The notes: a model not told the origin generated them from the letters alone. Counted from the first letter of the stretch, positions 1 to 8,661 are shown. The stretch: 12,836 nucleotides of DNA from Bdellovibrionales bacterium (GCA_031370005.1 JANMPT010000011.1:1-12836); one strand, 5' to 3'. Made by a program: numbers and translations.

Positions 1-1413
1 AATTACATATGATGTCCCCGCCGAAATTCCCGTTTCCCAAAAATTGGCCGACCCCGATTGGCGATATCGAATTCTAGGATTTGAAGTGGCCTGTAATTCC
101 ATTAATGCTGCGGGGCTGCTGGTGCCTATGCCAACGTTGCCGCCAGAGTCAATCGTTAAGCGAGCGGCTAAGGCTGTATCATCGTAAACTCCAAAACGAC
201 CGCCGCCTAGGCCGGATGTGTTATTTGTTGAAAAAAATGAGTAAGAACGTCCGCCTGTCGCGGTGTTATTTAAGCTAATTCCGGTTGATGTTCCGGCTGA
301 TGACTCGAGCGAAAGATTGCGAATCGGCGTTATCGTACCAATTCCGACGTTGCCTGATGTTGTGATGTTGCCACTGGTGTTGATAGCCGTACTGCCACCA
401 ATTGTTCCAGAGGTCATCGCCGAGCCTGACACTTTTCCTGCTGTTGCAATCGTCGCAAGCTTTGTATCGGCGATTGCTGCGCTTGCTGAAATCTGTGCAT
501 TCGTGATTGCTCCCGCAGCCACACTTGGATTGGGGTAAGTACCTGTTAAATCGCCGCCCGCTGTGGCCCCACTTTGCAGTGCTCCAGTAATGCGAGAGTC
601 ATTACCTGCCGCAACTGTGTTTGCGGCACTGCCGACGTTCAAAGTAAGAACTGGCGTCGAAGTCCCGGTGGCTACTGATAAGTATGCATTAGCTGACGTA
701 ACGCTTGTAACTGTGCCACCACTGGCTCCGCTAACAACAGCGCAAGTCATGCCACTTCCGCTATTTGTTAAAAACTGACCTCCAGGGCAAGTCGGCAAGG
801 AAGCACTTGTTATATAACTAGTGCTTGTTCCACCTAGGAGTGCCATGAAATTGGAGTAATCGCCCGCAGATAAAGCCGTGGGCGTTGCACCACTGACACT
901 TAAAAACTGTCCAGCACTTGTTCCGCCGAGCTTTCCACTGTCTTCAGAGTAGATCGCCTGAGGTAACCAGGAAAGAGGAATCGTCGGAACCGTATCCCAA
1001 CCGCCCCCATCATTGTATGTTATTACCAAATTCCTAGTGTCACTGGCTAGCGGAGTAAAAGATGTAGCTGAATTGGAACAGGCAGTGGGCGCTGCTGTTA
1101 AAGACAATGTTTTTGAATTAGAAAATATTTGATCTAAACTATTGCCGCCGTCCACAGTTGAGGCCGCTCGACTCCCTTGACCAACAATAAGTGAAAATGC
1201 CCCTTGATCTTGAGATAAGTTTAAAATCTGACTCTCTTGGTAAAGCAAACAGTTTTCTGTCCCAGTGGTTCGCACTTGAACTTTAAACAGCACCGAACTT
1301 GCCGTGAGCGGCGTCCCATCAGCATTCAACAAGCGCCCCTGAATGGTAAACGATTGGGCCGCCATTGCTGCGGCACCTATGAAACTTAAGAATATAAAAA
1401 CAAGTGGTCTCAT
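1..1413 (-). CDS. Large secreted fibre/adhesin (Bdellovibrio MAT / tail-fibre-like); 3' end lies outside the window
   Basis: Not in the ORF track because there is no stop in the window. ATG at 1411-1413 follows GAGGGATAAG and the frame reads open to base 1. Signal peptide MRPLVFIFLSFIGAAAMA, then AQSFTIQGRLLNADGTPL...ENCLLYQESQ...GAFSLIVGQG. Body is Ser/Thr/Gly/Ala-rich with GGTVTSVT, AGGDLTGTYPNP and two GNVGIGT motifs (334-354, 121-141) typical of trimeric phage-like fibres. Confidence 0.85.
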   Translation of the reverse strand, partial: MRPLVFIFLSFIGAAAMAAQSFTIQGRLLNADGTPLTASSVLFKVQVRTTGTENCLLYQESQILNLSQDQGAFSLIVGQGSRAASTVDGGNSLDQIFSNSKTLSLTAAPTACSNSATSFTPLASDTRNLVITYNDGGGWDTVPTIPLSWLPQAIYSEDSGKLGGTSAGQFLSVSGATPTALSAGDYSNFMALLGGTSTSYITSASLPTCPGGQFLTNSGSGMTCAVVSGASGGTVTSVTSANAYLSVATGTSTPVLTLNVGSAANTVAAGNDSRITGALQSGATAGGDLTGTYPNPSVAAGAITNAQISASAAIADTKLATIATAGKVSGSAMTSGTIGGSTAINTSGNITTSGNVGIGTITPIRNLSLESSAGTSTGISLNNTATGGRSYSFFSTNNTSGLGGGRFGVYDDTALAARLTIDSGGNVGIGTSSPAALMELQATSNPRIRYRQSGSANFWETGISAGTSYVI

Positions 1414-1438
1414 CTTATCCCTCGCTCAAAGTTAAATA

Positions 1439-1732
1439 TCACTTTGAAATTATTTGTCCTTGGACACTCACGTACATGCTTCGATTTAAACTGGTTTTAA
1501 GAATTATTTTGGACTCTGCCGTGCCCACTGATATCTGCGCCTTGCGATTGAGCGTGGTGATAGCTCCTTGATTACTTCCTGAAACGACCCCAAAACCCGA
1601 TGGCGCAGGTAAGGTTGCATTAGGACCATAATTGGTGTCCACTGAAGACCCTTCATTGCCAAATGGATTGCTACAACCCAGTGTTAGGCCAAAGACACAA
1701 ATAACCATCAAGATGCAGTGAAGGTTTCTCAT
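1439..1732 (-). CDS. Small putative lipoprotein, fibre-operon associated
   Basis: Hydrophobic N-terminus with lipobox-like TLGC-S. Start overlaps the upstream stop (ATGA, 1729-1732). Internal duplicated motif TTLNRKAQISVG / TSLNRSMYVSVQG. Confidence 0.75.
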   Translation of the reverse strand: MRNLHCILMVICVFGLTLGCSNPFGNEGSSVDTNYGPNATLPAPSGFGVVSGSNQGAITTLNRKAQISVGTAESKIILKTSLNRSMYVSVQGQIISK

Positions 1733-2853
1733 TTCTTATCTCCTGAGAAAAGTGGAATACTAATGCCGATATTGGTACGAATATCTTTTCGCTGCTGATC
1801 AAAAATCGAAGTATTTTGCTTTAAATCCACATACTCAAACTCAGTAAAAAAGCTCAGTTCTTTTAGTCGCTGGGAAAGCTTCATCTGCAGGAGGTATTCC
1901 TGCCCTGGAAGAACATCGTAGGCACTAAAAGTCCCTCCCATTAGATATGAGCCACCTATTCCCGCTGTCAACTTCAAAGCACGCACTTGAGCCAAGTCCA
2001 AGGTCAAGATCAGTTTTGCATAAGGCAAAGGACGTGTTTCAAGACTTGCAGACCCAATCTGATAAGATGGAATAAAAATTTCCTCATTTGTACCGACCTC
2101 AAAACGAAACGAGGATTTTTCATTGAGTTTATAATGCACTCCAAATCCCATCATTGATGTTGATTGCTGACTATTATAAAGAAGTCCGTGCCCTGCATCC
2201 TGATAGGAAATTGAAGTATAATCCCAGTCAATAAATGACTCGAGCGACTCTGACCAAATTTGCTCCCAAGAGAGCTTCACAGCAACCAGCGGTTTTGACA
2301 AAGCGACTGCTTGGGCGCCACTAGTGGAGATCTTAGAATCGATTCTTGAATAACCAGAACCTAAAGAAAATATGAGACGACTTTGCTCACTCTCATTATT
2401 CTCTTTCTGCAGAATCACCGGGAGCTCCGGAGCTTGAGGCTTTGCTATGGCTGGTTCCAAAACTTCTTGCGCAATAGCTCGAGTTTGTCTTATCACCGTT
2501 TTTGGCAACACCACTGCAAGGCTTTCTTTTTTGATTTCATCTTTAAATTGAATTTCGTTTTCAGCTGTAACTAAGATACGGCCCTGAGATTTTGCCTTTT
2601 CTACGATTTCCTGAGAAAAATAAATTATTTGCCCCTGCTTCACTTTATTGATGTCAAAAACTTGACCAGCATTTAAATTTTGTACTAATTTAAGATAACC
2701 CCGTCTGCCATAGATAGGCGCAAGACTTGCTAAATACAGGACTTGAGAAACAAATTCATCTTTTTTCATACGATAGAAATATTGCCGCTCAGCTGCCAAC
2801 GAACTGAAAGTAAGACAGAATGTTATGCAAAAAACGATACACTGACGGCCCAT
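1729..2853 (-). CDS. Secreted protein with LysM-like N-terminal domain and C-terminal outer-membrane beta-barrel-like domain
   Basis: Signal peptide ending SSLA. YRMKKDEFVSQVL...IYG...LN...INKVKQGQIIYF resembles LysM. Pro/Glu-rich linker, then about 220 aa of alternating amphipathic beta-strand pattern ending TNIGISIPLF. Confidence 0.65.
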   Translation of the reverse strand: MGRQCIVFCITFCLTFSSLAAERQYFYRMKKDEFVSQVLYLASLAPIYGRRGYLKLVQNLNAGQVFDINKVKQGQIIYFSQEIVEKAKSQGRILVTAENEIQFKDEIKKESLAVVLPKTVIRQTRAIAQEVLEPAIAKPQAPELPVILQKENNESEQSRLIFSLGSGYSRIDSKISTSGAQAVALSKPLVAVKLSWEQIWSESLESFIDWDYTSISYQDAGHGLLYNSQQSTSMMGFGVHYKLNEKSSFRFEVGTNEEIFIPSYQIGSASLETRPLPYAKLILTLDLAQVRALKLTAGIGGSYLMGGTFSAYDVLPGQEYLLQMKLSQRLKELSFFTEFEYVDLKQNTSIFDQQRKDIRTNIGISIPLFSGDKK

Positions 2854-2862
2854 ACCTACTAC

Positions 2863-2890
2863 TTATCGGTCGATTTTAGGATTTTCTTGA
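2863..2890 (-). promoter_or_regulatory. Putative sigma28 (FliA) promoter for the barrel-lipoprotein-fibre operon
   Basis: Minus strand reads TCAAG-N15-ACCGATAA, 9 nt before the ATG at 2853. Resembles the sigma28 consensus TAAA-N15-GCCGATAA. Confidence 0.6.
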
Positions 2891-3281
2891 CAGAAACTTA
2901 ATAACAATACCTTTGTCCAAATTGGCCAAAAAACATGCACGCCAAGCCACCCTGTTCACCATATTTTACCTCTTAAACTGCACTGCCCCAAGTTTATACC
3001 AAATACGACAGACCTGCCATGGTAGCGCCACATCACGTGGGCATCGTAAAGAACAGCGACCAGTCTTTACAGGAAAGTGGATCCACCTAGTGCAAAATCA
3101 GATTACGTAAAAGGAGATTGTTCCTGAAGACGTGGCGCAAAATATCCCTTTCCGAAAAACGGAGAACCGCCAAGAGAATATGCTGAAGTGAGAATTCCTC
3201 AGTTTTAACTTTATATAAATATAATAAACATTATTTGTTTAATGATACTCTTATCGAATGCGCCAGATTTGAAAAACTAAA

Positions 3282-3308
3282 TTTAGAAATTTACAATCAC
3301 GCCGATAA
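3282..3308 (+). promoter_or_regulatory. Putative sigma28 promoter for the response regulator
   Basis: TTTA-N15-GCCGATAA with a perfect -10 box at 3301-3308 and a weaker -35. Confidence 0.5.
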
Positions 3309-3357
3309 GCTTCATTCAAGGGGCTTCACAAGCTCCAAGAAAGTAATGCGAGGATCA

Positions 3358-3909
3358 ATGCATAAACCAAGATTATTAATTGCAGACGACGAGGTTGAGA
3401 TTCGAAACTCAATTCGTTTTTTTACTAAAAAACACTTTGAAATACTCGAAGCAAGTAATGGAATGGAAGCACTTAAAATTCTCAAATGCAACCGAATAGA
3501 TCTATTGCTTTCTGATTATAATATGCCATGTATGAATGGCTTCGAGCTTCTCAAGTCGATAATCGAGCTGAATATGCGTGTCCCCGTAATTTTGCTCACA
3601 GGAAGAGGATCAGTTGATCTTTGCCGATCAACTTGGGCCCTTGGAGTATTTAAATACTTAGAAAAGCCTTTTAATACCACCGAACTAGTTCAGTGCCTGG
3701 AAGGAGCTATGGATTTCAGGGCCGCATTCTCAGAAGTCAGAAGAATCCGTCGTATTTCAAAATTAATCTATGAAGAACCTAACCTTATGTTCGCTTCAGA
3801 AGACTATCGAAAATTTCATGAATTATGTTTAGAGCGTGGAGTTTCTGTATCCACTGCGATAAGCGAGCTGATCGCGAACAGCTTAAAGAGTCGTGGCAAT
3901 ACTCCCTAG
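3358..3909 (+). CDS. Orphan response regulator (receiver domain plus short C-terminal putative ribbon-helix-helix domain)
   Basis: LLIADDE, phospho-acceptor LLLSDYNMP, LLTG and EKPF motifs are intact. Start moved from TTG 3235 to ATG 3358 (ATG 3346 is the alternative) because receiver similarity begins there and GAGG precedes it. Confidence 0.88.
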   Translation: MHKPRLLIADDEVEIRNSIRFFTKKHFEILEASNGMEALKILKCNRIDLLLSDYNMPCMNGFELLKSIIELNMRVPVILLTGRGSVDLCRSTWALGVFKYLEKPFNTTELVQCLEGAMDFRAAFSEVRRIRRISKLIYEEPNLMFASEDYRKFHELCLERGVSVSTAISELIANSLKSRGNTP

Positions 3910-3954
3910 TTTGCTTGGAACAGTCTTCCACAAAAAGACTCTTTAAAGTCATTT

Positions 3955-5220
3955 CTAAACTTTAACGCTCAACCCATCTTTGAGGGCCATTTTCTGTGCA
4001 CGATAAGCTGGAATAAACCCAGTAAGAATTCCTCCGATAAGCGTAAAGCCTAGATATATAAATTCAATTTTTCCGAGGGCCCTTCCCTCTAAGTAAAAAC
4101 CAAATTCGATCTCCAACCATGGTCTTAAAAAAGTCGTTGCTACAAGTGCGACCGAGGTTCCCAACAGAATACCTGCAAGGGTCAGCAGGGCGGATTCAAA
4201 AACAAGCAACGCTAAAATTTTATTAGTACTTGCTCCTAAGGCTCTCAAAATGGCCATTTCACGACGGCGTTCATTCAGGCTTGTCGTCAGTGCAATCAGC
4301 ATTGCCATAAAGCCCACAGCTACCACCATCCATGAGATAGCCTTCAATACTTGCTCCACATAGGAAAGCCCATGCCAGAGCTCACTCAATGTCACGCCTG
4401 GAATGATTGCGAGCAGGGGCTCGTCTTTATAGTTATTGATCTCACGTTGCAGGCTTAGTGTTTCGATTCTAGATTTTGCTCGCACAAAAAAAGCCGTGAT
4501 TTGATCAATCTTGATATCTTCCTTGTGGATCTTATCAGGACTGATGGCTTTATCTGCTGTTGGGGCCGAGCCATCCTTCCAATCTATGTGCATTGCCTCG
4601 ACTCCCTCAAGGCTCACATATAGAGACTGGTCCAAGGCCGTACCTGTAGGCTTCATGATTCCAACAATGGTGAATGGCTTATCATCATGCTTTTGAATGC
4701 CTTCACCGTGAGTCACCCCGTGGGCAATGACAATTTTATCTCCCAAATGGTATTTCAATTTGCGCGCTACATCAGCGCCAATCACAACATCCCAAAGACC
4801 GCTCAATTTATTGCCTTCGGATAATTCTACACTTCTGTCTCCGCGAAAACGGTAATGCTCAAAAAAATCATTGGTCGTTCCCACCACACGAAAACCATGA
4901 TGGCCATCACCAAGGGAGTAAGGGATCGTCCAAGCAATTGCCGGATAATTTTTAATTTCTTGATAGGTTTTGTAGGAAATATTGTGGGTCGCGTTTCCCA
5001 TATTAAAAACCGTGTACAGAATCAACTGAGTGGGACCACTCCTCGCGCCGACAATCAAGTCTGTTTGACTGATGGTTTGAGCAAAGCCTTCTTCTGCCGC
5101 GCGTTTGGCTCGCTCAACAGAAAGCAAAAGTGTCACGCTAAGGGCAATTGAAATCACGGTCAGGATTGAGGCTAGGAATCTGTTTTTAAGGGATTTTAGA
5201 GCAAGGTTTAAAAAAACCAT
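3955..5220 (-). CDS. ABC transporter permease, MacB/FtsX family (ZrgC-like)
   Basis: N-terminal TM helix, large periplasmic domain with His-rich HGVTHGEGIQKHDD, ERRREMAILRALGA motif and three C-terminal TM helices. Confidence 0.92.
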   Translation of the reverse strand: MVFLNLALKSLKNRFLASILTVISIALSVTLLLSVERAKRAAEEGFAQTISQTDLIVGARSGPTQLILYTVFNMGNATHNISYKTYQEIKNYPAIAWTIPYSLGDGHHGFRVVGTTNDFFEHYRFRGDRSVELSEGNKLSGLWDVVIGADVARKLKYHLGDKIVIAHGVTHGEGIQKHDDKPFTIVGIMKPTGTALDQSLYVSLEGVEAMHIDWKDGSAPTADKAISPDKIHKEDIKIDQITAFFVRAKSRIETLSLQREINNYKDEPLLAIIPGVTLSELWHGLSYVEQVLKAISWMVVAVGFMAMLIALTTSLNERRREMAILRALGASTNKILALLVFESALLTLAGILLGTSVALVATTFLRPWLEIEFGFYLEGRALGKIEFIYLGFTLIGGILTGFIPAYRAQKMALKDGLSVKV

Positions 5221-5221
5221 T

Positions 5222-5914
5222 TTAGACTCCCTTCCCGAGTAGATTTATCGAATCTAAGGAGATCGAGCGTGAAAACAAATGTTGAATTGTGCGATCATGA
5301 CTGACAAACAGCACCGTTGTTCCAAATTGTTCACAGAGCTCAAACATTAGCTCAAGAAAACGTTCACGATGATCCATGTCCAAAGATGAGGTGGGTTCAT
5401 CTGCCAGGATAAATTCCGGACGACCAAGTAGTGCTCTTGCAACAGCAACCCTTTGTTGCTGCCCCACACTGAGTTCCGTCACATTCTTTTCAAGCAAGGT
5501 CACAATACCCAAACGAGTGCAGAGATGCCTTACTGCCGAATGTGTGTCTTCTCCCTTTAAGCGGTTCCGACGACTATGGTTAAGGTGAATTGGCAATTCG
5601 ATATTTTCTTGAACACTTAAATAGGGAATAAGATTAAAACTTTGGAAAATATACCCCAGATGTTCGGCTCGAAAGTGATCACGATCCCTTTCCGACATTT
5701 TTGAAAGATCATGACCCAAAATACTCACTTCACCCTGTTCTACTTTTAAAATCCCGGCAAGCACCTCTAGAAGAGTGGTTTTGCCTGAGCCACTAGGTCC
5801 ATAAAGAAAAACCTTTTCACCCTTATTGATTCTGAATTCTGGGATATGCAAAGTATCTTGGGTAGAGTTTGTGTAGCGGTACTTGAGTTTCTTTACTTCA
5901 ATAAGCATAGACAT
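5222..5914 (-). CDS. ABC transporter ATP-binding protein, LolD/MacB-like (ZrgB-like)
   Basis: Walker A GPSGSGKTT, Q-loop GYIFQSFNL, signature LSVGQQQR, Walker B ILADEPT, H-switch VSHD. Confidence 0.95.
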   Translation of the reverse strand: MSMLIEVKKLKYRYTNSTQDTLHIPEFRINKGEKVFLYGPSGSGKTTLLEVLAGILKVEQGEVSILGHDLSKMSERDRDHFRAEHLGYIFQSFNLIPYLSVQENIELPIHLNHSRRNRLKGEDTHSAVRHLCTRLGIVTLLEKNVTELSVGQQQRVAVARALLGRPEFILADEPTSSLDMDHRERFLELMFELCEQFGTTVLFVSHDRTIQHLFSRSISLDSINLLGKGV

Positions 5915-5924
5915 GAAGGATTAC

Positions 5925-6377
5925 CTATCTATAAGGTTCGACGTTTTCACCGATAAGCTCAAAAGAAGCCTCTCCGTACATTGATTTTTTTGTTACAAGA
6001 TTAAGTGTGCCATAAACCCAGATAGGTCCGAAGGCGACTTCGGCTCCGGAGCGCATTTTCACGTAGACCATTTGATTGGGTGGAGGGGCCGGAACGTGAA
6101 TACAGGCTTGCGGACTTGGCACTAGTAAAAACTCAGTCACAGCTTTCTGGCTGTCTTCTAGGGGAACCATAAAGCCTGGAATCTTCACTTGATGGCCATT
6201 TAAAGCCTCTAGCTCCGAACTGGACTTTCCATTAACATAGTCCATTTGTCCAAGTAATCGCCAGTCCACCTCAACACCACTACCCGTCATCCCGCTATCG
6301 GCAAATTTGTGATAAAGCAAAGCTCCCATCACTACAGCAAGCACCAAAAACCCAACACCAACCAGCATTCTTTTCAT
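5925..6377 (-). CDS. DUF3299 family membrane-anchored OB-fold protein (ZrgD-like)
   Basis: N-terminal TM helix and VKIPGFMVPLE...EFLLVP...ACIHVPAPPPNQMVYV...PIWVYGTL motifs. Lies in an operon with the ABC pair. Confidence 0.88.
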   Translation of the reverse strand: MKRMLVGVGFLVLAVVMGALLYHKFADSGMTGSGVEVDWRLLGQMDYVNGKSSSELEALNGHQVKIPGFMVPLEDSQKAVTEFLLVPSPQACIHVPAPPPNQMVYVKMRSGAEVAFGPIWVYGTLNLVTKKSMYGEASFELIGENVEPYR

Positions 6378-6383
6378 TCCAAG

Positions 6384-6465
6384 AGGGTACCAGGTCGCTT
6401 TTCCGGATCAACTCAAACTAAATCAATCCATCGCGTTGCGTCCACGAAAAGCGACCTGGTACCCT
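6384..6465. repeat. Perfect 20-bp inverted repeat with 42-nt spacer (REP doublet/REPIN-like)
   Basis: AGGGTACCAGGTCGCTTTTC (6384-6403) and its exact reverse complement GAAAAGCGACCTGGTACCCT (6446-6465). Each arm is itself an imperfect palindrome. Confidence 0.85.
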
Positions 6466-6544
6466 TTCGTCAAATTTCTTCTTTGGGTCTTGATAGCGGA
6501 TTTGTGGCTCCTTCTGTCATACTTACTTACTAATGGAGGTGCTT

Positions 6545-7174
6545 ATGAGTGCGCTGTATTTTAATGACAAACCAGGAATGGGTTCTTCACGAGTGATTTT
6601 TTTGGGTAGTGTCTATGTATTGTTAGGCCTTTTAGCTTTGGCCTTTGCTTCAACCACAACACTGGCCGCCATCATAACATTGGGCGTAGTATTAATCTTT
6701 GCAGGGATTGCTGAAATTGTTTATGGCATTCAGGGTCGCAAAAGAGGTCAGCTTTGGCCCCACTTGGCCTTTGGCTGCCTAGCCTTGATTTGTGGTTCCT
6801 TGGTACTTTTGAATCCCGTTGAAAACACCTTGGGCTTCACTCTTATTGCCGGATTTCTATTAATCGCTAGCGGCTTGGCAAAAGTCATCGGCTCTGTGGT
6901 AGAGCGCTCAAGCGGATGGGCTTGGTTTACAACAAATGGAATTATCTCAATTATTCTTGGAGCTTTTATTTTAAGAGCTTTTCCAACCTCTGCATTTTGG
7001 ACAATTGGTGTCTTCGTCGGTGTTGATTTGATGGTGGCAGGGGCGGCACTGATCGGCTTGGGAGCCTCAGCGAAGCGGTCAAAAAGAGAACTCGTTGGTC
7101 AAGTATACTCAACATTGAATCCCGAACCGGGAGCACGACAAGAGATCGAAAGAGAAGATCACCCATTGCACTGA
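6545..7174 (+). CDS. HdeD/DUF308 family membrane protein
   Basis: Six hydrophobic helices in two similar halves, with GWAWFTTNGIISIILG and SAFWTIGVFVGVDL motifs. GGAGG at 6535-6539 favours ATG 6545 over 6533. Confidence 0.88.
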   Translation: MSALYFNDKPGMGSSRVIFLGSVYVLLGLLALAFASTTTLAAIITLGVVLIFAGIAEIVYGIQGRKRGQLWPHLAFGCLALICGSLVLLNPVENTLGFTLIAGFLLIASGLAKVIGSVVERSSGWAWFTTNGIISIILGAFILRAFPTSAFWTIGVFVGVDLMVAGAALIGLGASAKRSKRELVGQVYSTLNPEPGARQEIEREDHPLH

Positions 7175-7282
7175 CAAATATGGTATGGCTGACAACATAA
7201 AGATAATGGCGAAGTCTCGAAAGCCAATGACGAAGGTCGAGGTTTGCCTTGTTTTTGTCATGATCCTGACTACAATGATCCA

Positions 7283-7885
7283 ATGAGAAAACTTATAAGT
7301 CTTTTTATTGTTGTGGTCAGCATCCTCTCTTTTAACTCTTCCCAAGCTGCGATTTCACCAGTTTCGGTCGCTATCATTCCTCCGGTGCAATTCCCACCTG
7401 GTGATTTCACAATCACCGGCGTCCGTGCCAGTATCCTTTGGGGAAAACATCGTGACGTTTACGGTCTCGACGTCGGTCTCCTCGGAAACATCACGGAACA
7501 GAACTTTACTGGAGTTGCAATTTCTGGAATCTTCAACAACACCCGTGGAATGACTAATATACTAGGGCTCCAATTTGCTGGTATTTCCAACATCAACACC
7601 AACAAAGTCAGCGTTTATGGGCTTCAGATGGCCTTAGGTGCCAATTACAATTCAGCCGCCTCGACAGTTGCGGGAGTTCAACTAGCTTTTTTAGCAAACG
7701 TCTCTCCCTTTACCGATATCTACGGTCTTCAAGTCGGCCTCTATAATCGCGCCAAGGATGTTTATGGGTTCCAAATTGGTCTGGTGAACGTGGCGGACAA
7801 TCTTCACGGAATTCAAATTGGCCTAGTGAACTTCAATCACAAAGGTCCATTTGCAATCTCTCCTATCCTCAACGTCGGTTTTTAA
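7283..7885 (+). CDS. Secreted/surface repeat protein (LA_2272-like GxQxGxxN repeats)
   Basis: Signal peptide MRKLISLFIVVVSILSFNSSQA from ATG 7283. Repeats GLQFAGISN, GLQMALGAN, GVQLAFLAN, GLQVGLYN, GFQIGLVN, GIQIGLVN. Ends PILNVGF. Confidence 0.8.
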   Translation: MRKLISLFIVVVSILSFNSSQAAISPVSVAIIPPVQFPPGDFTITGVRASILWGKHRDVYGLDVGLLGNITEQNFTGVAISGIFNNTRGMTNILGLQFAGISNINTNKVSVYGLQMALGANYNSAASTVAGVQLAFLANVSPFTDIYGLQVGLYNRAKDVYGFQIGLVNVADNLHGIQIGLVNFNHKGPFAISPILNVGF

Positions 7886-7905
7886 AAAGCCACTCATAGA
7901 CACTG

Positions 7906-8661
7906 TTATTTCGTCTCAGGCCTCATGCTGTATGCACTTAAAATGCCTTGATCGCGCAACCATTGAGCGGCCATGGCTGACCTTCTGCCCATGCTACAAC
8001 AAAGAACGAATTTTTTATCTACGCGCCAAAATTCTCTACTCCACTCGCCGGACATAATATCTTGATATGAAATATGAACAGCATTGGCAACGTCAACACC
8101 AAACAGTGGCTCGTGCTCTCTTTCCGCTTTGGATCGCACATCAATAAGGATACAATCACTGAGCGCATGAACTTGATCTGCCGTTAAATATAAACTCTCG
8201 TTTTTCGTTTGCCCTTGAATCCTATTTTTTTGAGCACAAAAACAGTTAGGATTCTGCTCTAAAGAAATGGACCTAAGCTTGGAATTGAAAAAATCAAAAA
8301 ACAAAACTTTTCCTTTTTGATCACTCAAGTTTCGACTTTGCCCTGCCCGAATAAGAATTATTTTTAAAACTTCAGCAGCCTGCCATGAACCAACGATTCC
8401 GACAAAAGCACCTAAAATCCCGCTTAGACTGCAATTCCCGACATCCGCAAACATCCCATGAGGATAAAAACAACGCAAACACGGGCCACCTTCACCCACA
8501 ACCATCAAGTTTGCTTCAAAACCTGTAGCTGACGCCGAAATTAAAACTTTTCTTGCTCGCAGGCAAACATCATTGAGCAGGTATTTCGATACAAAATTAT
8601 CAGTGCAATCAAGAATAATGTCATAATTTTCCAAAACACAATTTACATTTTCTGAACTCAG
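7906..8661 (-). pseudogene. moeB: 5'-truncated MoeB/ThiF adenylyltransferase with C-terminal rhodanese domain
   Basis: YDIILDCTDNF, PCLRCFYP, CSLSGILG...QAAEVLK and rhodanese LIDVRS...CCSMGRRS are present. In-frame similarity (LSSENVNCVLENYD) extends to 8661, then TAA at 8662-8664. The N-terminal GxGxxG/SNLxRQ nucleotide-binding part is absent and only 50 nt separate it from the next gene. Confidence 0.8.

Noticed and set aside
81..778. Plus-strand ORFs 81-278, 263-538 and 563-778
   Set aside because: Antisense shadows of the minus-strand fibre gene.
2854..3357. Possible DGR template repeat or riboswitch in the largest intergenic gap
   Set aside because: No AAC-rich copy of the VR and no riboswitch motif that I could recognise.
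3235..3357. 41-aa N-terminal extension of the response regulator
   Set aside because: TTG start in AT-rich DNA with no domain similarity, overlapping the candidate promoter.
4033..5960. Further CCGATAA hits near 4034 and 5950
   Set aside because: Antisense, inside ABC-operon coding sequence, with no downstream gene.
6039..6048. TTCGGCTCCG shared with 8668-8677
   Set aside because: A single 10-mer match inside a coding region is compatible with chance.
6384..6465. Intrinsic terminator or CRISPR repeat
   Set aside because: Lies between divergent genes, has a 42-nt loop and consists of only two inverted copies.
6309..8057. Short ORFs 6309-6533, 6966-7283, 7109-7345, 7308-7553 and 7851-8057
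   Set aside because: They overlap better-supported genes and show no protein-family features.
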